A DNA stretch of 64,000 bases from Brevinematales bacterium (GTDB lineage: Bacteria > Spirochaetota > Brevinematia > Brevinematales > JAOACQ01): positions 8,822 through 72,821 of the forward strand of contig JAOACQ010000103.1 of NCBI GenBank assembly GCA_026417755.1. Reading direction: 5' to 3'. Positions within the stretch are counted from its first letter, which is position 1. Each line of letters begins with the position of its first letter. A model generated the notes under the pieces. That model ran no database searches. It was not told the DNA's origin and saw only the letters and a program-made list of their open reading frames with translations. Below are positions 44,457-53,839 of the stretch, piece after piece. A program made the translations under genes and the position numbers.

Positions 44457-45251
44457 ATGTTAAAATTTAACAACATCCATAAAAAATTTGGTGAAAAAGA
44501 AGTTTTAAAAGGTATAAACTTAGAAATTAAAGAGGGTGAGTTTGTAGCTATCATAGGTGCAAGTGGTTGTGGAAAAACCACATTAATAAGGACTGTAAAC
44601 GGATTTGTTATCCCAGACGCTGGGGAAGTTTATTTAGATAATGAAAAAATAAACTATAGTGATAGCAATAAATTAAGAAAAATGAGAAAAAAAGTCGGAA
44701 TGGTCTATCAGTTATTTAATTTAGTAGAAAGAACAAATTCATTACAAAATGTTCTCAACGGAACTCTTGGTTCTTGCGAAGGATTTGAAAATTTATTGTC
44801 AATACTTGGAATATTTAAAAAAGAAAAAATAAAAAAAGCCCTTGAATACTTAGATTATGTTGGACTTAAAGATAGTATTTATGATAGAGCAGATAAACGT
44901 TCTGGTGGACAAAAACAAAGAGTTGCAATAGCGAGAGCTTTGATGCAACATCCATCTTTACTACTTGCTGATGAGCCTATTGCAAATCTTGACCCAACAA
45001 CTTCTCATAAGATATTGTCTCTATTAAAAAAAATTAACGAAGAAACAAAACTGACAACAGTAGTTGTAATTCATCATATTGACTTTGTTAAGTCCTATTT
45101 TAAAAGAATTGTTGCTATGAAAAATGGAGTTATAGTTTATGACGGCAATTATGATGGATTAACAGAAGAGAAACTTCATTTTATATATTCCGAACATCTG
45201 GATGAAATATATTCTGATAAAATAAGAGCAGAACAATGTATTACAGCTTAA
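44457..45251 (+). CDS. phnC: Phosphonate ABC transporter ATP-binding protein
   Basis: 264 aa with Walker A GASGCGKTT, the LSGGQ variant RSGGQKQRVAIARAL, and Walker B LLLADEP. Confidence 0.9.
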   Translation: MLKFNNIHKKFGEKEVLKGINLEIKEGEFVAIIGASGCGKTTLIRTVNGFVIPDAGEVYLDNEKINYSDSNKLRKMRKKVGMVYQLFNLVERTNSLQNVLNGTLGSCEGFENLLSILGIFKKEKIKKALEYLDYVGLKDSIYDRADKRSGGQKQRVAIARALMQHPSLLLADEPIANLDPTTSHKILSLLKKINEETKLTTVVVIHHIDFVKSYFKRIVAMKNGVIVYDGNYDGLTEEKLHFIYSEHLDEIYSDKIRAEQCITA

Positions 45252-46783
45252 AAAACTTTTTAAATAAATATTTAATTTTATTTTTATTGTTGATCATTAT
45301 ATTTTACTCTTTTAAAATTACAGAAATTGATTTAATAACTCTTTTTTCTGGAATTTCTATCTCTTTTGATATTCTCAAAGAAATGATACCTCCAGATTTA
45401 TCAAACATAGATACTTACTTAATGTTGGTTTTAGAAACTATAGGAGTTGGAGCTACTGGATCAACCATTGGAATATTATTCTCTTTCCCACTTGCTTTCC
45501 TTATGGCAAAAAATACATCTCCAAATAACTACATATATAGTATTGTTAAAGGAGGCGTAAATGCTCTGAGGGCAATTCCGGAGCTTGTATATGCCTTAAT
45601 ACTTGTAAGTTCTATAGGAATAGGCAGCCTTCCTGGAATAATAGCTATAATACTTCACACAGTTGGTCTTGCAACAAAGTTTTATGCAGAAGCTATAGAA
45701 AGCATAGATCAAAAACAGGTGGAAGCAATAAAATCAACAGGATCAAACTCTCTACAGGTAATAAGACACGCTATAATTCCACAGATAATGCCCCTTTTCA
45801 CCGGATATACCGCTTATATTTATGATCATAATATTCGTGTTACTGTAGGGCTTGGAATTGTTGGAGCAGGAGGAATAGGTATTGAACTATACAGAAGGAT
45901 AAGACAATTTCATTATGATAAGGTTGCCACAATTATTATACTTATTATCATAATTGTTTCTTTAATTTCCAAACTCTCAGATTATATAAGAAATTCTATA
46001 CTTGAAGGTAAATTTTTATCCAAAAAAACTAAAATATTTGATACATTTTTAACATTTTTATCTATTATCCTCATTATTGCGTCGGTTTCAAGTATTATCT
46101 CACAAATACCAAACATTATTTCTGCGTTGCCCAGAATGTTTGAAACTTTAAAATATATGATGCCACCTAAGATAGGAGATTTTAAAGAATATTTAAGACT
46201 AACATTGGAAACTGTAGGAATGGCAATCTCAGGAACAATATTTGCTTCTTTAATAGCTTTTTTAATTGCAATTTTCTCTTCAAAGAACATTATGAAAATA
46301 GGAATAATAAGAAGTATATTTGTAGAGGTCGCAAATTTTTTGAGGGCAATGCCTGATATAATATTTGCTATTTTCTTCGTTGTTGCAATAGGTCTTGGCC
46401 CCTTCCCAGGAGTTTTAGCCCTGGCCTTTAGTTCAGCTGGGCTACTAGCAAAGTTTTATACAGAAGTAATAGAAAATATAGATGAAAAACAAATCGAAGC
46501 TATAGAAGCAACCGGTGCAAATACATTACAAAAACTTAGACACGCTATAATACCGCAAATTCTTCCTTTATTCAATAGTTATAATCTCTACGCACTGGAT
46601 AGAAATGTCAGAATGTCTACTGTTCTGGGTATAGTAGGTGCAGGTGGTATAGGTTATTTACTAAGTGTAACAATGAAAATGATGGAATACAACAAAACAA
46701 CTACTATAATAATAATTATGTTTCTCACTATATTAACAGCAGATATAATATCAACAAAGCTAAGAAAAAAGATACTGGAGTAA
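45236..46783 (+). CDS. phnE: Phosphonate ABC transporter permease, tandem-fused (two PhnE domains in one polypeptide)
   Basis: 515 aa. The two halves are collinear paralogs. LVLETIGVGATGS...EAIKSTGSNSLQVIRHAIIPQIMPLF...GIVGAGGIG aligns with LTLETVGMAISGT...EAIEATGANTLQKLRHAIIPQILPLF...GIVGAGGIG. Confidence 0.85.
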   Translation: MYYSLKNFLNKYLILFLLLIIIFYSFKITEIDLITLFSGISISFDILKEMIPPDLSNIDTYLMLVLETIGVGATGSTIGILFSFPLAFLMAKNTSPNNYIYSIVKGGVNALRAIPELVYALILVSSIGIGSLPGIIAIILHTVGLATKFYAEAIESIDQKQVEAIKSTGSNSLQVIRHAIIPQIMPLFTGYTAYIYDHNIRVTVGLGIVGAGGIGIELYRRIRQFHYDKVATIIILIIIIVSLISKLSDYIRNSILEGKFLSKKTKIFDTFLTFLSIILIIASVSSIISQIPNIISALPRMFETLKYMMPPKIGDFKEYLRLTLETVGMAISGTIFASLIAFLIAIFSSKNIMKIGIIRSIFVEVANFLRAMPDIIFAIFFVVAIGLGPFPGVLALAFSSAGLLAKFYTEVIENIDEKQIEAIEATGANTLQKLRHAIIPQILPLFNSYNLYALDRNVRMSTVLGIVGAGGIGYLLSVTMKMMEYNKTTTIIIIMFLTILTADIISTKLRKKILE

Positions 46784-46788
46784 CACAG

Positions 46789-47211
46789 ATGAACAAAACA
46801 ACAAAAAGTTACTTTGCAATTAATTTTTTCCCTGAAGATGAAATAAAAAAAATGAAAGAAAAACTAGAAAATATGGAATTTAAAGAAAAAAAATCCAGAA
46901 CAGGTATGGTTATGGGCAAAACAATAGATTGTTTTGATACAGAATTTTATATAGGAGAAGTCCTTGTAACAGAGTGTTATGTAACATATAATGAAGAAGA
47001 AGGATATGGAATTATAATTGGAGATTCCAAAGATAGGGCTTATATTTTGGCCTGTCTTGACTGTCTGGAAAATACAAACAACGAAGATATTTTCAAAATG
47101 ATAGATGACTGGTTTAATACAAATATGCATTATTATACAGAACACATACAAAATGAAAAAAAGATTTTTGAAAGCACAAAAGTAAACTTTGGGCTTATGG
47201 TAGAGGGTTAA
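46789..47211 (+). CDS. phnG: C-P lyase core complex subunit PhnG
   Basis: 140 aa in the phnG position. The C-terminus ESTKVNFGLMVEG parallels my recollection of E. coli PhnG ...ASRVDFFTMVRG. Confidence 0.75.
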   Translation: MNKTTKSYFAINFFPEDEIKKMKEKLENMEFKEKKSRTGMVMGKTIDCFDTEFYIGEVLVTECYVTYNEEEGYGIIIGDSKDRAYILACLDCLENTNNEDIFKMIDDWFNTNMHYYTEHIQNEKKIFESTKVNFGLMVEG

Positions 47212-47212
47212 T

Positions 47213-47770
47213 ATGTTTGATGAAATTTTCATAACACAACAAACTTTCAGAACACTTATGAATGCAATGGCAAACCCGGGTAAATTCTATAATCTCAAAA
47301 ACGATGATAGTTTTTCTACGCTACAAAAAGTATGTTTAACATTACTTGACAATGAGGTTAATTTTTCAATAGTTGGAGAAAAATTAAAAGAAAATCTTAT
47401 AGAACAAATTATTTCTTTAACAAATTCAAACTATACAAACATAGAAGAAGCAGACTACATAATAGTTTGCGGTGGTGCGAATGAAAATATTCTGAAAAAT
47501 ATAAAGATTGGATCATTAGAAGAACCTGAAAAGGGAGTTACTTTAATATATGATGTTCAAGATATAGAAAAAGAGCCTTCTTTTAACATAAAAATTTCAG
47601 GCCCAGGCATAAAAAATTCAAATGAAATATCCATAAAAGGTATCACAAGACAGGAATTAGAAAGAATCGAAAAAATTAACTTAAACTTTCCACTTGGGAT
47701 AGACATAATTTTTTGTTACAAAAATGACGTTATGTGTATCCCAAGATCTACAAGAATAGAATTTTTATAA
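47213..47770 (+). CDS. phnH: C-P lyase core complex subunit PhnH
   Basis: 185 aa. FRTLMNAMANPG, ISGPGI and NFPLGIDIIFC...CIPRST parallel E. coli PhnH blocks. Confidence 0.75.
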   Translation: MFDEIFITQQTFRTLMNAMANPGKFYNLKNDDSFSTLQKVCLTLLDNEVNFSIVGEKLKENLIEQIISLTNSNYTNIEEADYIIVCGGANENILKNIKIGSLEEPEKGVTLIYDVQDIEKEPSFNIKISGPGIKNSNEISIKGITRQELERIEKINLNFPLGIDIIFCYKNDVMCIPRSTRIEFL

Positions 47771-47800
47771 AAAATAAGTTTGGGTTTTAAAGGAGATAAA

Positions 47801-48883
47801 ATGGGATATGTTGCTGTAAAAGGCGGAAGAGAAGCTATAGATAATTCTTTAAATTTTCTTGAATTTTTAAGAAACGATGGTTCACTTGCTTCAATTTCTA
47901 TTGAACAAATAAAAAAAGAACTCCATTTTTTGGTTGACAGAGTCATGTCCGAAGGTTCACTATATTCTCCCGATCTTGCAGCAATTGCAATAAAACAAGC
48001 AGCTGGAGATACTCTCGAAGCATCTTTTATCTTGAGAGCATATAGGAGCACTCTTCCACGAATCGGCTATTCTCTTCCAGTAATAACAAAAGAAATCCGA
48101 CTTATCAGAAGGATTTCTTCAGCCTTTAAAGATATACCGGGTGGACAATTTTTAGGCCCTTCAACGGATTATTCATTAAGATTAATCAACTTTGAATTGG
48201 TAAATGAAGATCAAAATGAAGTAAAAAAAAGATACAAAGATTTTTTAGGGAACATATCCCTCTCACAGGATTTACCAGACGATTTCCCAAAACTCATTGA
48301 AATTTTGAGAGGGGAAGGTTTCGTAGTTTCCAAAGATGTAGTAAAAAAAGATAAAGAAATTTTTGATATTACTAAAGAATCCCTTTCCTTTCCTGCTCAA
48401 AGAAGTGCAACTTTACAAGCTATGGCAAGAGGAGAAACTGGTAGTATGTTGCTTCTGGCTTATTCCAATGTGAGAGGTTATGGTGTTTCTCATCCTACAA
48501 TAGGAGAACTAAGGGTAGGATATATAAAACTCAAAATAAAACATCCCTTCAAGGAAAAAGAAATAACTTTTGGTGAAATTTTAATTACAGAAGCTGAGTT
48601 ACTCTCAAAAATAACAAAAGTTGAAGGTGAACCAAAATTTCAGGTTGGTTATGGAATATGTTTTGGACATAATGAAACAAAGGCTATCAGTATGGCAATA
48701 CTTGATATAGCAATGAGAGCTGAAAATCCCCTTTATCCTTCGGAGGACCAGGAATTTGTTCTCAGTCACATAGATGGAATCGAGTCAATGGGTTTTGTTA
48801 ACCATTTTAAGTTGCCACATTATGTTACATTTTTATCTGAATTTGATAGACTCAAAAAATCAATTAAAGAGAGTGTAAAATGA
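47801..48883 (+). CDS. phnI: C-P lyase core complex subunit PhnI
   Basis: MGYVAVKGGREAI is a canonical PhnI N-terminus. ATG at 47801 with AAAGGAGA upstream. The track's TTG at 47780 is probably over-extended. Confidence 0.9.
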   Translation: MGYVAVKGGREAIDNSLNFLEFLRNDGSLASISIEQIKKELHFLVDRVMSEGSLYSPDLAAIAIKQAAGDTLEASFILRAYRSTLPRIGYSLPVITKEIRLIRRISSAFKDIPGGQFLGPSTDYSLRLINFELVNEDQNEVKKRYKDFLGNISLSQDLPDDFPKLIEILRGEGFVVSKDVVKKDKEIFDITKESLSFPAQRSATLQAMARGETGSMLLLAYSNVRGYGVSHPTIGELRVGYIKLKIKHPFKEKEITFGEILITEAELLSKITKVEGEPKFQVGYGICFGHNETKAISMAILDIAMRAENPLYPSEDQEFVLSHIDGIESMGFVNHFKLPHYVTFLSEFDRLKKSIKESVK

Positions 48884-49728
48884 ACTATAATTTTGCTTTT
48901 TTGGACGAAAACACAAAGAGAGAAATAAGAAGAAAGATACTTAAAGCTATAGCTATTCCCGGCCATCAGATACCTTTTGGCTCAAGAGAATTACCAATAG
49001 CAAGAGGTTGGGGAACAGGTGGAATTCAAATTACTCTCTCCATTATTGGAAAAGATGATATACTCAAAGTTATAGACCAGGGCAGTGATGACAGCGTAAA
49101 TGCAGTAAATATAAAAAAATTCGTAGAAAAAGTTACAAACATAAAAACTACTACCGACACCCAAGAAGCCACTCTTATTCAAACTAGACACAGAATTCCA
49201 GAAGAAAAATTAAGAAACGATCAAGTACTTATCTTTCAGGTACCTTTACCCGAGCCTTTAAGAATTATTGAACCATCGGAAAGGGAAACAAGAAGAATGC
49301 ATGCAGAAGGAGACTATAGTTCCATGTGGTTATATCTTTATGAAACTATAGTGAAATATAAAGAAATCACTATAGGTGCAAGCTACCCAGTATTGGTAAA
49401 TAAAAGATACATAATGTCCCCAAGCCCTATACCTCGCTGGGATATACCAAAATTAAATAACGCTGATTGCTTATATCTTTTTGGAGCTGGAAGAGAAAAA
49501 AGAATTTATGCTATACCCCCCTATACTGAAGTTAACCCAATTGAATTTGAAGATTTTAAATTCAGGGTTGAAGATTTTGAAAATAACAAATGTAATGAAT
49601 GTGGTAGCTCTAATATTTTCTTAAACGAAATAATAGATGAAGAGACTGGTAAAAGAATCTGGCTATGTTCTGACACTTCTTATTGCAAAAAAGTAAAAGA
49701 AGGGGGAAAAATTGAAACCAATTCTTGA
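48880..49728 (+). CDS. phnJ: C-P lyase catalytic subunit PhnJ
   Basis: 282 aa containing NFAFLDE, IPGHQIPFGSRE and GAGREKRIYAIPPYT. The C-terminal Cys-x2-Cys-x21-Cys-x5-Cys has the same spacing I recall for the E. coli PhnJ Fe-S/thiyl cysteines. Confidence 0.9.
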   Translation: MNYNFAFLDENTKREIRRKILKAIAIPGHQIPFGSRELPIARGWGTGGIQITLSIIGKDDILKVIDQGSDDSVNAVNIKKFVEKVTNIKTTTDTQEATLIQTRHRIPEEKLRNDQVLIFQVPLPEPLRIIEPSERETRRMHAEGDYSSMWLYLYETIVKYKEITIGASYPVLVNKRYIMSPSPIPRWDIPKLNNADCLYLFGAGREKRIYAIPPYTEVNPIEFEDFKFRVEDFENNKCNECGSSNIFLNEIIDEETGKRIWLCSDTSYCKKVKEGGKIETNS

Positions 49729-50572
49729 AGCAAAAAATATATGGAAAGTATTTGGAACCGGATGCAAAAATTGCCTCACTACTAATTCAATAAACAACAT
49801 ATGCCAGAATTGTGGCTCAGTTATTGCTTGTAAAAATATCTCCTTTGAAGTCTACAAAGGTGAGGCTTTAGGTATAGTTGGTGAAAGTGGCTCTGGCAAA
49901 ACAACTTTACTTAAAATTTTAAACTTTGATATTTCTCCTACAATTGGAGAATTAAAATTAAGCATAGAACAAGAAGACATTAACGATAATAGATTAAACT
50001 TTTTATTTCAAAAAGAATTAAATCTTTTCTCATTATCCAATTATGAAAAAAGATTGGTGAGAAATTTTTTGATGGGAATTGTCTACCAGAACCCATTTTT
50101 AGGTTTAAAGATGAATGTTTCTGCGGGTGGTAACATTGGAGAAAGACTTATTATGGCAGAAATAAAAAGTGTTGAAAAAATAAGACGTAGAGCTAAAGAA
50201 CTTCTACAAAGAACAGAAATCTCCCCAGATAGAATTGACGAATTGCCAAAGAATTTTAGTGGTGGTATGCAACAAAGGGTCCAAATTGCAAAAGCTCTTT
50301 CAATAAAACCTTTATTTTTATTCCTTGACGAACCAACAACTGGACTTGATTTATCTGTACAGGCAAGGGTACTGGATTTAATCAAAAACTTACAAAAGGA
50401 GATGGATCTTACTATGATAGTTGTTTCTCATGATCTTGGTATAATAAAGCATCTTACAACAAGAAGCATTGTAATGAAGGATGGAGAAATAGTTGAAAGT
50501 GGTCTTACAGATCAGATTCTTGAAGACCCACAACATGAATTTACCCAGATACTTGTAAATTCAAGTTTGTAA
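49712..50572 (+). CDS. phnK: C-P lyase accessory ATPase PhnK
   Basis: 286 aa containing GIVGESGSGKTTLL, VSAGGNIGERL, FSGGMQQRVQIAKAL and GLDLSVQARVLDL. TTG start with a GGGGG SD. Confidence 0.9.
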   Translation: MKPILEAKNIWKVFGTGCKNCLTTNSINNICQNCGSVIACKNISFEVYKGEALGIVGESGSGKTTLLKILNFDISPTIGELKLSIEQEDINDNRLNFLFQKELNLFSLSNYEKRLVRNFLMGIVYQNPFLGLKMNVSAGGNIGERLIMAEIKSVEKIRRRAKELLQRTEISPDRIDELPKNFSGGMQQRVQIAKALSIKPLFLFLDEPTTGLDLSVQARVLDLIKNLQKEMDLTMIVVSHDLGIIKHLTTRSIVMKDGEIVESGLTDQILEDPQHEFTQILVNSSL

Positions 50573-50581
50573 GGAAAAAAT

Positions 50582-51268
50582 ATGTTAAAAGTAGAAAATT
50601 TAAGTAAGTCTTTTAAAATTCATCACTTATCAGGAAAAAACATAGAAGGTTTTAAAAACGTAAATTTTGAACTCAAACAAGGTTCCTCACTTGGCATTTC
50701 TGGCCCAAGTGGTGCTGGAAAAAGCTCTATATTAAAGTGTATCTACAGAACATATATACCTTCAGAAGGAAATTTATGGTATGAATCTGAAATATTTGGA
50801 AAAGTAAATCTAGCAACTTTAAAAGATCATTTAATAACTAAAATAAGAGAATTTGAAATAGGTTACATAAGCCAGTTTCTGAAAGTGATACCAAGAGTTT
50901 CAGCACTTGACATTGTAGCCAATCCTCTTATAGTCGAGGGTGTTTCAGAAAAAGAGGCAAAAGAAAGAGCAAGAGAACTACTCTTAAGACTCGGAATTCC
51001 TCAAAATCTTTTTGATGCCTATCCTGCAACCTTCAGTGGTGGTGAACAACAAAGGATAAATATAGCAAAAGCTATAATAAAAACGCCAAGAATTTTACTT
51101 CTCGATGAACCAACTGCTTCACTCGACAGTAAAACCGCAAATACAGTTCTCGAACTATTCAAAGAGTTAAGAATGAAAGGTTGCACAATGATTGGAATAT
51201 TTCATGATATAGAGTTACTTCACAAATTCAGTGATGAAATATACTATCTTTCTGAAAAGGAGATTTAA
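50582..51268 (+). CDS. phnL: C-P lyase accessory ATPase PhnL
   Basis: 228 aa containing GPSGAGKSS, FSGGEQQRINIAKA and LLLDEPTASLD, in the phnL position. Confidence 0.85.
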   Translation: MLKVENLSKSFKIHHLSGKNIEGFKNVNFELKQGSSLGISGPSGAGKSSILKCIYRTYIPSEGNLWYESEIFGKVNLATLKDHLITKIREFEIGYISQFLKVIPRVSALDIVANPLIVEGVSEKEAKERARELLLRLGIPQNLFDAYPATFSGGEQQRINIAKAIIKTPRILLLDEPTASLDSKTANTVLELFKELRMKGCTMIGIFHDIELLHKFSDEIYYLSEKEI

Positions 51269-51269
51269 G

Positions 51270-52445
51270 ATGGAAATAATTAACAGCTTCCAGATCAAAA
51301 ATGCCAACATAGTTCTTGAAAATGAAATCTTAAAGAATTCTTCTATTTATATAGAAAATGGGATAATAAAAGAAATAGAACAAAATAGTTATAAAGATAT
51401 TAACACCATAGATGCAGGTGGAAGTTATGTATTACCAGGTTTTATAGATCTTCACTGTGATGCTATAGAAAAAGAAATAGAGGTAAGGCCTAACGTTCAC
51501 ATACCTTTTGATATAGCAATTACAGAGCTTGATAAAAAGATGGCAATGGCTGGTATAACAACAATATTTCATTCAATTTCATTTGCAGAAAATTTTTCAA
51601 ACAAAGCTGTTTTAAGAACAATGAGCATGGCAGATAAAATAATCCAGAAAATAAAAGAAATGTCCGAAAAACTTGGAGTCGAAAATAAGATTCATTTGAG
51701 ATATGAAATAACATATTCCGAAGCTATCCCTATCATAGAAGATTTAATAAAAAAATCTTATATAGACCTTCTTTCTATAATGGATCATACACCAGGACAG
51801 GGACAATTTAAAACACTTGAACAATTCAAAAATTATTATCAATCCCATTTCAAAGACAATGAACATCAGCTAGAAGTAGTAATAAAAAACAAACAAGAAT
51901 CAAGAGAAAATTATGGGCTATCCAATGCAAAAAAAATTGCAGATATATGTAAAAGTTTCGGTGTCCCCCTCGCAAGCCATGATGATGATACCATCGAAAA
52001 AATTGATTTTGTCAGAGAATGTGGAGCTATAATCTCTGAGTTCCCTATGAGTCTAGAAGTAGCTTCATACGCTCACAATAATGGAATTAGCGTTATAGTA
52101 GGTTCACCAAATATAGTGCGAGGAGGTTCTCATAACAATAACATTAAAGCAATAGACGTAATAAAGGCTGGCTATGCAGACATAGTTTGTTCTGACTATA
52201 TTCCTTCCACCTTAATTTATGCCTTTGCAAAAATTTACAAAGAAAATATATTATCATTACCAGAAATTTCAAAAATGTTCAGTCTTAATCCGGCTAAAGC
52301 AATAAAACTTGATAAAGAAACTGGAAAGATTGAGAAAAACTATAAGGCAAATTTAATAATAGTAGATTTAGATAGTGAACTTCCTAGAATACAAAAAACA
52401 TTTGTAAATGGTGTGGAGGTATATTCATCATGTACAAGAAAATAG
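51270..52445 (+). CDS. phnM: Alpha-D-ribose 1-methylphosphonate 5-triphosphate diphosphatase PhnM (amidohydrolase fold)
   Basis: ATG at 51270 after AAGGAG. It contains PGFIDLHCD, MDHTPGQGQF, ASHDDDT and GSPNIVRGGSH. The track start at 51231 is probably over-extended. Confidence 0.85.
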   Translation: MEIINSFQIKNANIVLENEILKNSSIYIENGIIKEIEQNSYKDINTIDAGGSYVLPGFIDLHCDAIEKEIEVRPNVHIPFDIAITELDKKMAMAGITTIFHSISFAENFSNKAVLRTMSMADKIIQKIKEMSEKLGVENKIHLRYEITYSEAIPIIEDLIKKSYIDLLSIMDHTPGQGQFKTLEQFKNYYQSHFKDNEHQLEVVIKNKQESRENYGLSNAKKIADICKSFGVPLASHDDDTIEKIDFVRECGAIISEFPMSLEVASYAHNNGISVIVGSPNIVRGGSHNNNIKAIDVIKAGYADIVCSDYIPSTLIYAFAKIYKENILSLPEISKMFSLNPAKAIKLDKETGKIEKNYKANLIIVDLDSELPRIQKTFVNGVEVYSSCTRK

Positions 52446-53344
52446 GAATAAAAATACCCGGTACAAATTCAAAAAAAGGATTAAAAAAAACATATAAGTT
52501 TCTTGAATATATAGAAAAAATAGGATATAGGGCAATTGAAATAAGACCCGATGATTTTGACCTCATAGAATATGGTAATATAAACGAAAAATTTCTTAAA
52601 GAATTATCTAAGATTATCGAAGTCTTTGAATTTGATATCAGTGTTCACGTGCCTATAAGACTAAATTTATTTAATGATGAGCAATCAGAAATACATAAGA
52701 AAGTACTATATTCATCTCTCGAAATTTGTAAATTTCTTGGTTCAAAAATACTTGTTTATCATCCTGGAAGATACATTGATAATGTTGAATTCCCCAGATT
52801 AGGTAAACCAAATATTGACAATTCCAAAAAAAAGGAACTACTTGAAATTGAAAAAGATATTCTCAGCTCCTTAGCTAGAAATTATAAAGAAATAACAATA
52901 GCGATGGAAAACCATAGACCTTATCTGGATTTTTCCCCTTACTCATATGCAGAATTTATAGATGAACTAATCTCTCAGGTAAAAAGAATAAATGAAAAAA
53001 ACGTAAAAATTGCTCTTGACACAGGACATCTCAATCTAAGTGCAAACTATCATAATTTTGATCTACTAAAATCAGCAAAAGAGGCAGAAAAATATACAGT
53101 TCATCTCCACATTCAGGACAATCACGGAATCACAAATTTCTACACAGAAAAGGATAAAGCAGAAATGTTACCTTTTGGAAGAGGGGATGAACATATTGTT
53201 CCGGGTAGAGGGAATTTTCCATTTAAAGAATTTTTTGAAATATTTAAAAATTTTGAAGGGATTTATACAATAGAACTTTCATCAAGGTATTTAATAAAAG
53301 AAAAAATAAAAGAAGCATATGATTACTTAAATGATTTAATATAA
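52430..53344 (+). CDS. Xylose-isomerase-like TIM-barrel protein (sugar phosphate isomerase/epimerase family), translationally coupled to phnM
   Basis: 304 aa containing VYHPG, AMENH, LDTGHLN and HLHIQDN, the metal-ligand blocks of the AP_endonuc_2/XI-like TIM-barrel family. 16-nt overlap with phnM. Confidence 0.7.
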   Translation: MYKKIGIKIPGTNSKKGLKKTYKFLEYIEKIGYRAIEIRPDDFDLIEYGNINEKFLKELSKIIEVFEFDISVHVPIRLNLFNDEQSEIHKKVLYSSLEICKFLGSKILVYHPGRYIDNVEFPRLGKPNIDNSKKKELLEIEKDILSSLARNYKEITIAMENHRPYLDFSPYSYAEFIDELISQVKRINEKNVKIALDTGHLNLSANYHNFDLLKSAKEAEKYTVHLHIQDNHGITNFYTEKDKAEMLPFGRGDEHIVPGRGNFPFKEFFEIFKNFEGIYTIELSSRYLIKEKIKEAYDYLNDLI

Positions 53345-53387
53345 AAAAATTTTTTAGTCACAAAAACAAAAATAAGAGAGGAACAAA

Positions 53388-53837
53388 ATGAATATAAGTA
53401 TAAGGTTAGCAACAGAGGAAGATATTGCAACTATTTTGTCTCTTTATAAATCACTTGAAGAAAAAGATGAATGCATATCGATTGATAATGCTAGAGAAAT
53501 TTTTAACAAAATGCAAAAATATCCATACCACAAAGTATATGTAGTAGAAATAGAAAATAAAATAATTGGAACATTTGTCTTAACCATACTTGACTACTTC
53601 GCCCATAATGGTAAAAAAGCTGGAATTCTCGAAGATGTTGTTGTTGATGAAAAAGAAAGATCAAAAGGAATAGGTAAGATTATGCTTGATTTTGCAATAA
53701 AAGAATGTGGAAAAAATAACTGCTACAAACTTGCACTATCAAGCAATATAAAGAGAGAAAAAGCTCATTCATTCTATGAAAAAAATGGTTTTAAACTACA
53801 TGGTTATAGTTTCTGGACAGAAATTAAAGAAGGATAA
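53388..53837 (+). CDS. GNAT-family N-acetyltransferase (PhnO-like by position)
   Basis: 149 aa with the GNAT motif A, VVVDEKERSKGIGKIML. Its size and position resemble phnO. Confidence 0.75.
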   Translation: MNISIRLATEEDIATILSLYKSLEEKDECISIDNAREIFNKMQKYPYHKVYVVEIENKIIGTFVLTILDYFAHNGKKAGILEDVVVDEKERSKGIGKIMLDFAIKECGKNNCYKLALSSNIKREKAHSFYEKNGFKLHGYSFWTEIKEG

Positions 53838-53839
53838 TT

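Noticed and set aside
49760-49850. Cys-rich insertion (GCKNCLTTNSINNICQNCGSVIAC) near the N-terminus of PhnK, absent from E. coli PhnK
   Set aside because: My recollection is that many non-enteric PhnK proteins carry a similar CxxC...CxxC segment. It is probably a normal family feature rather than a novelty, and an alignment would settle it.
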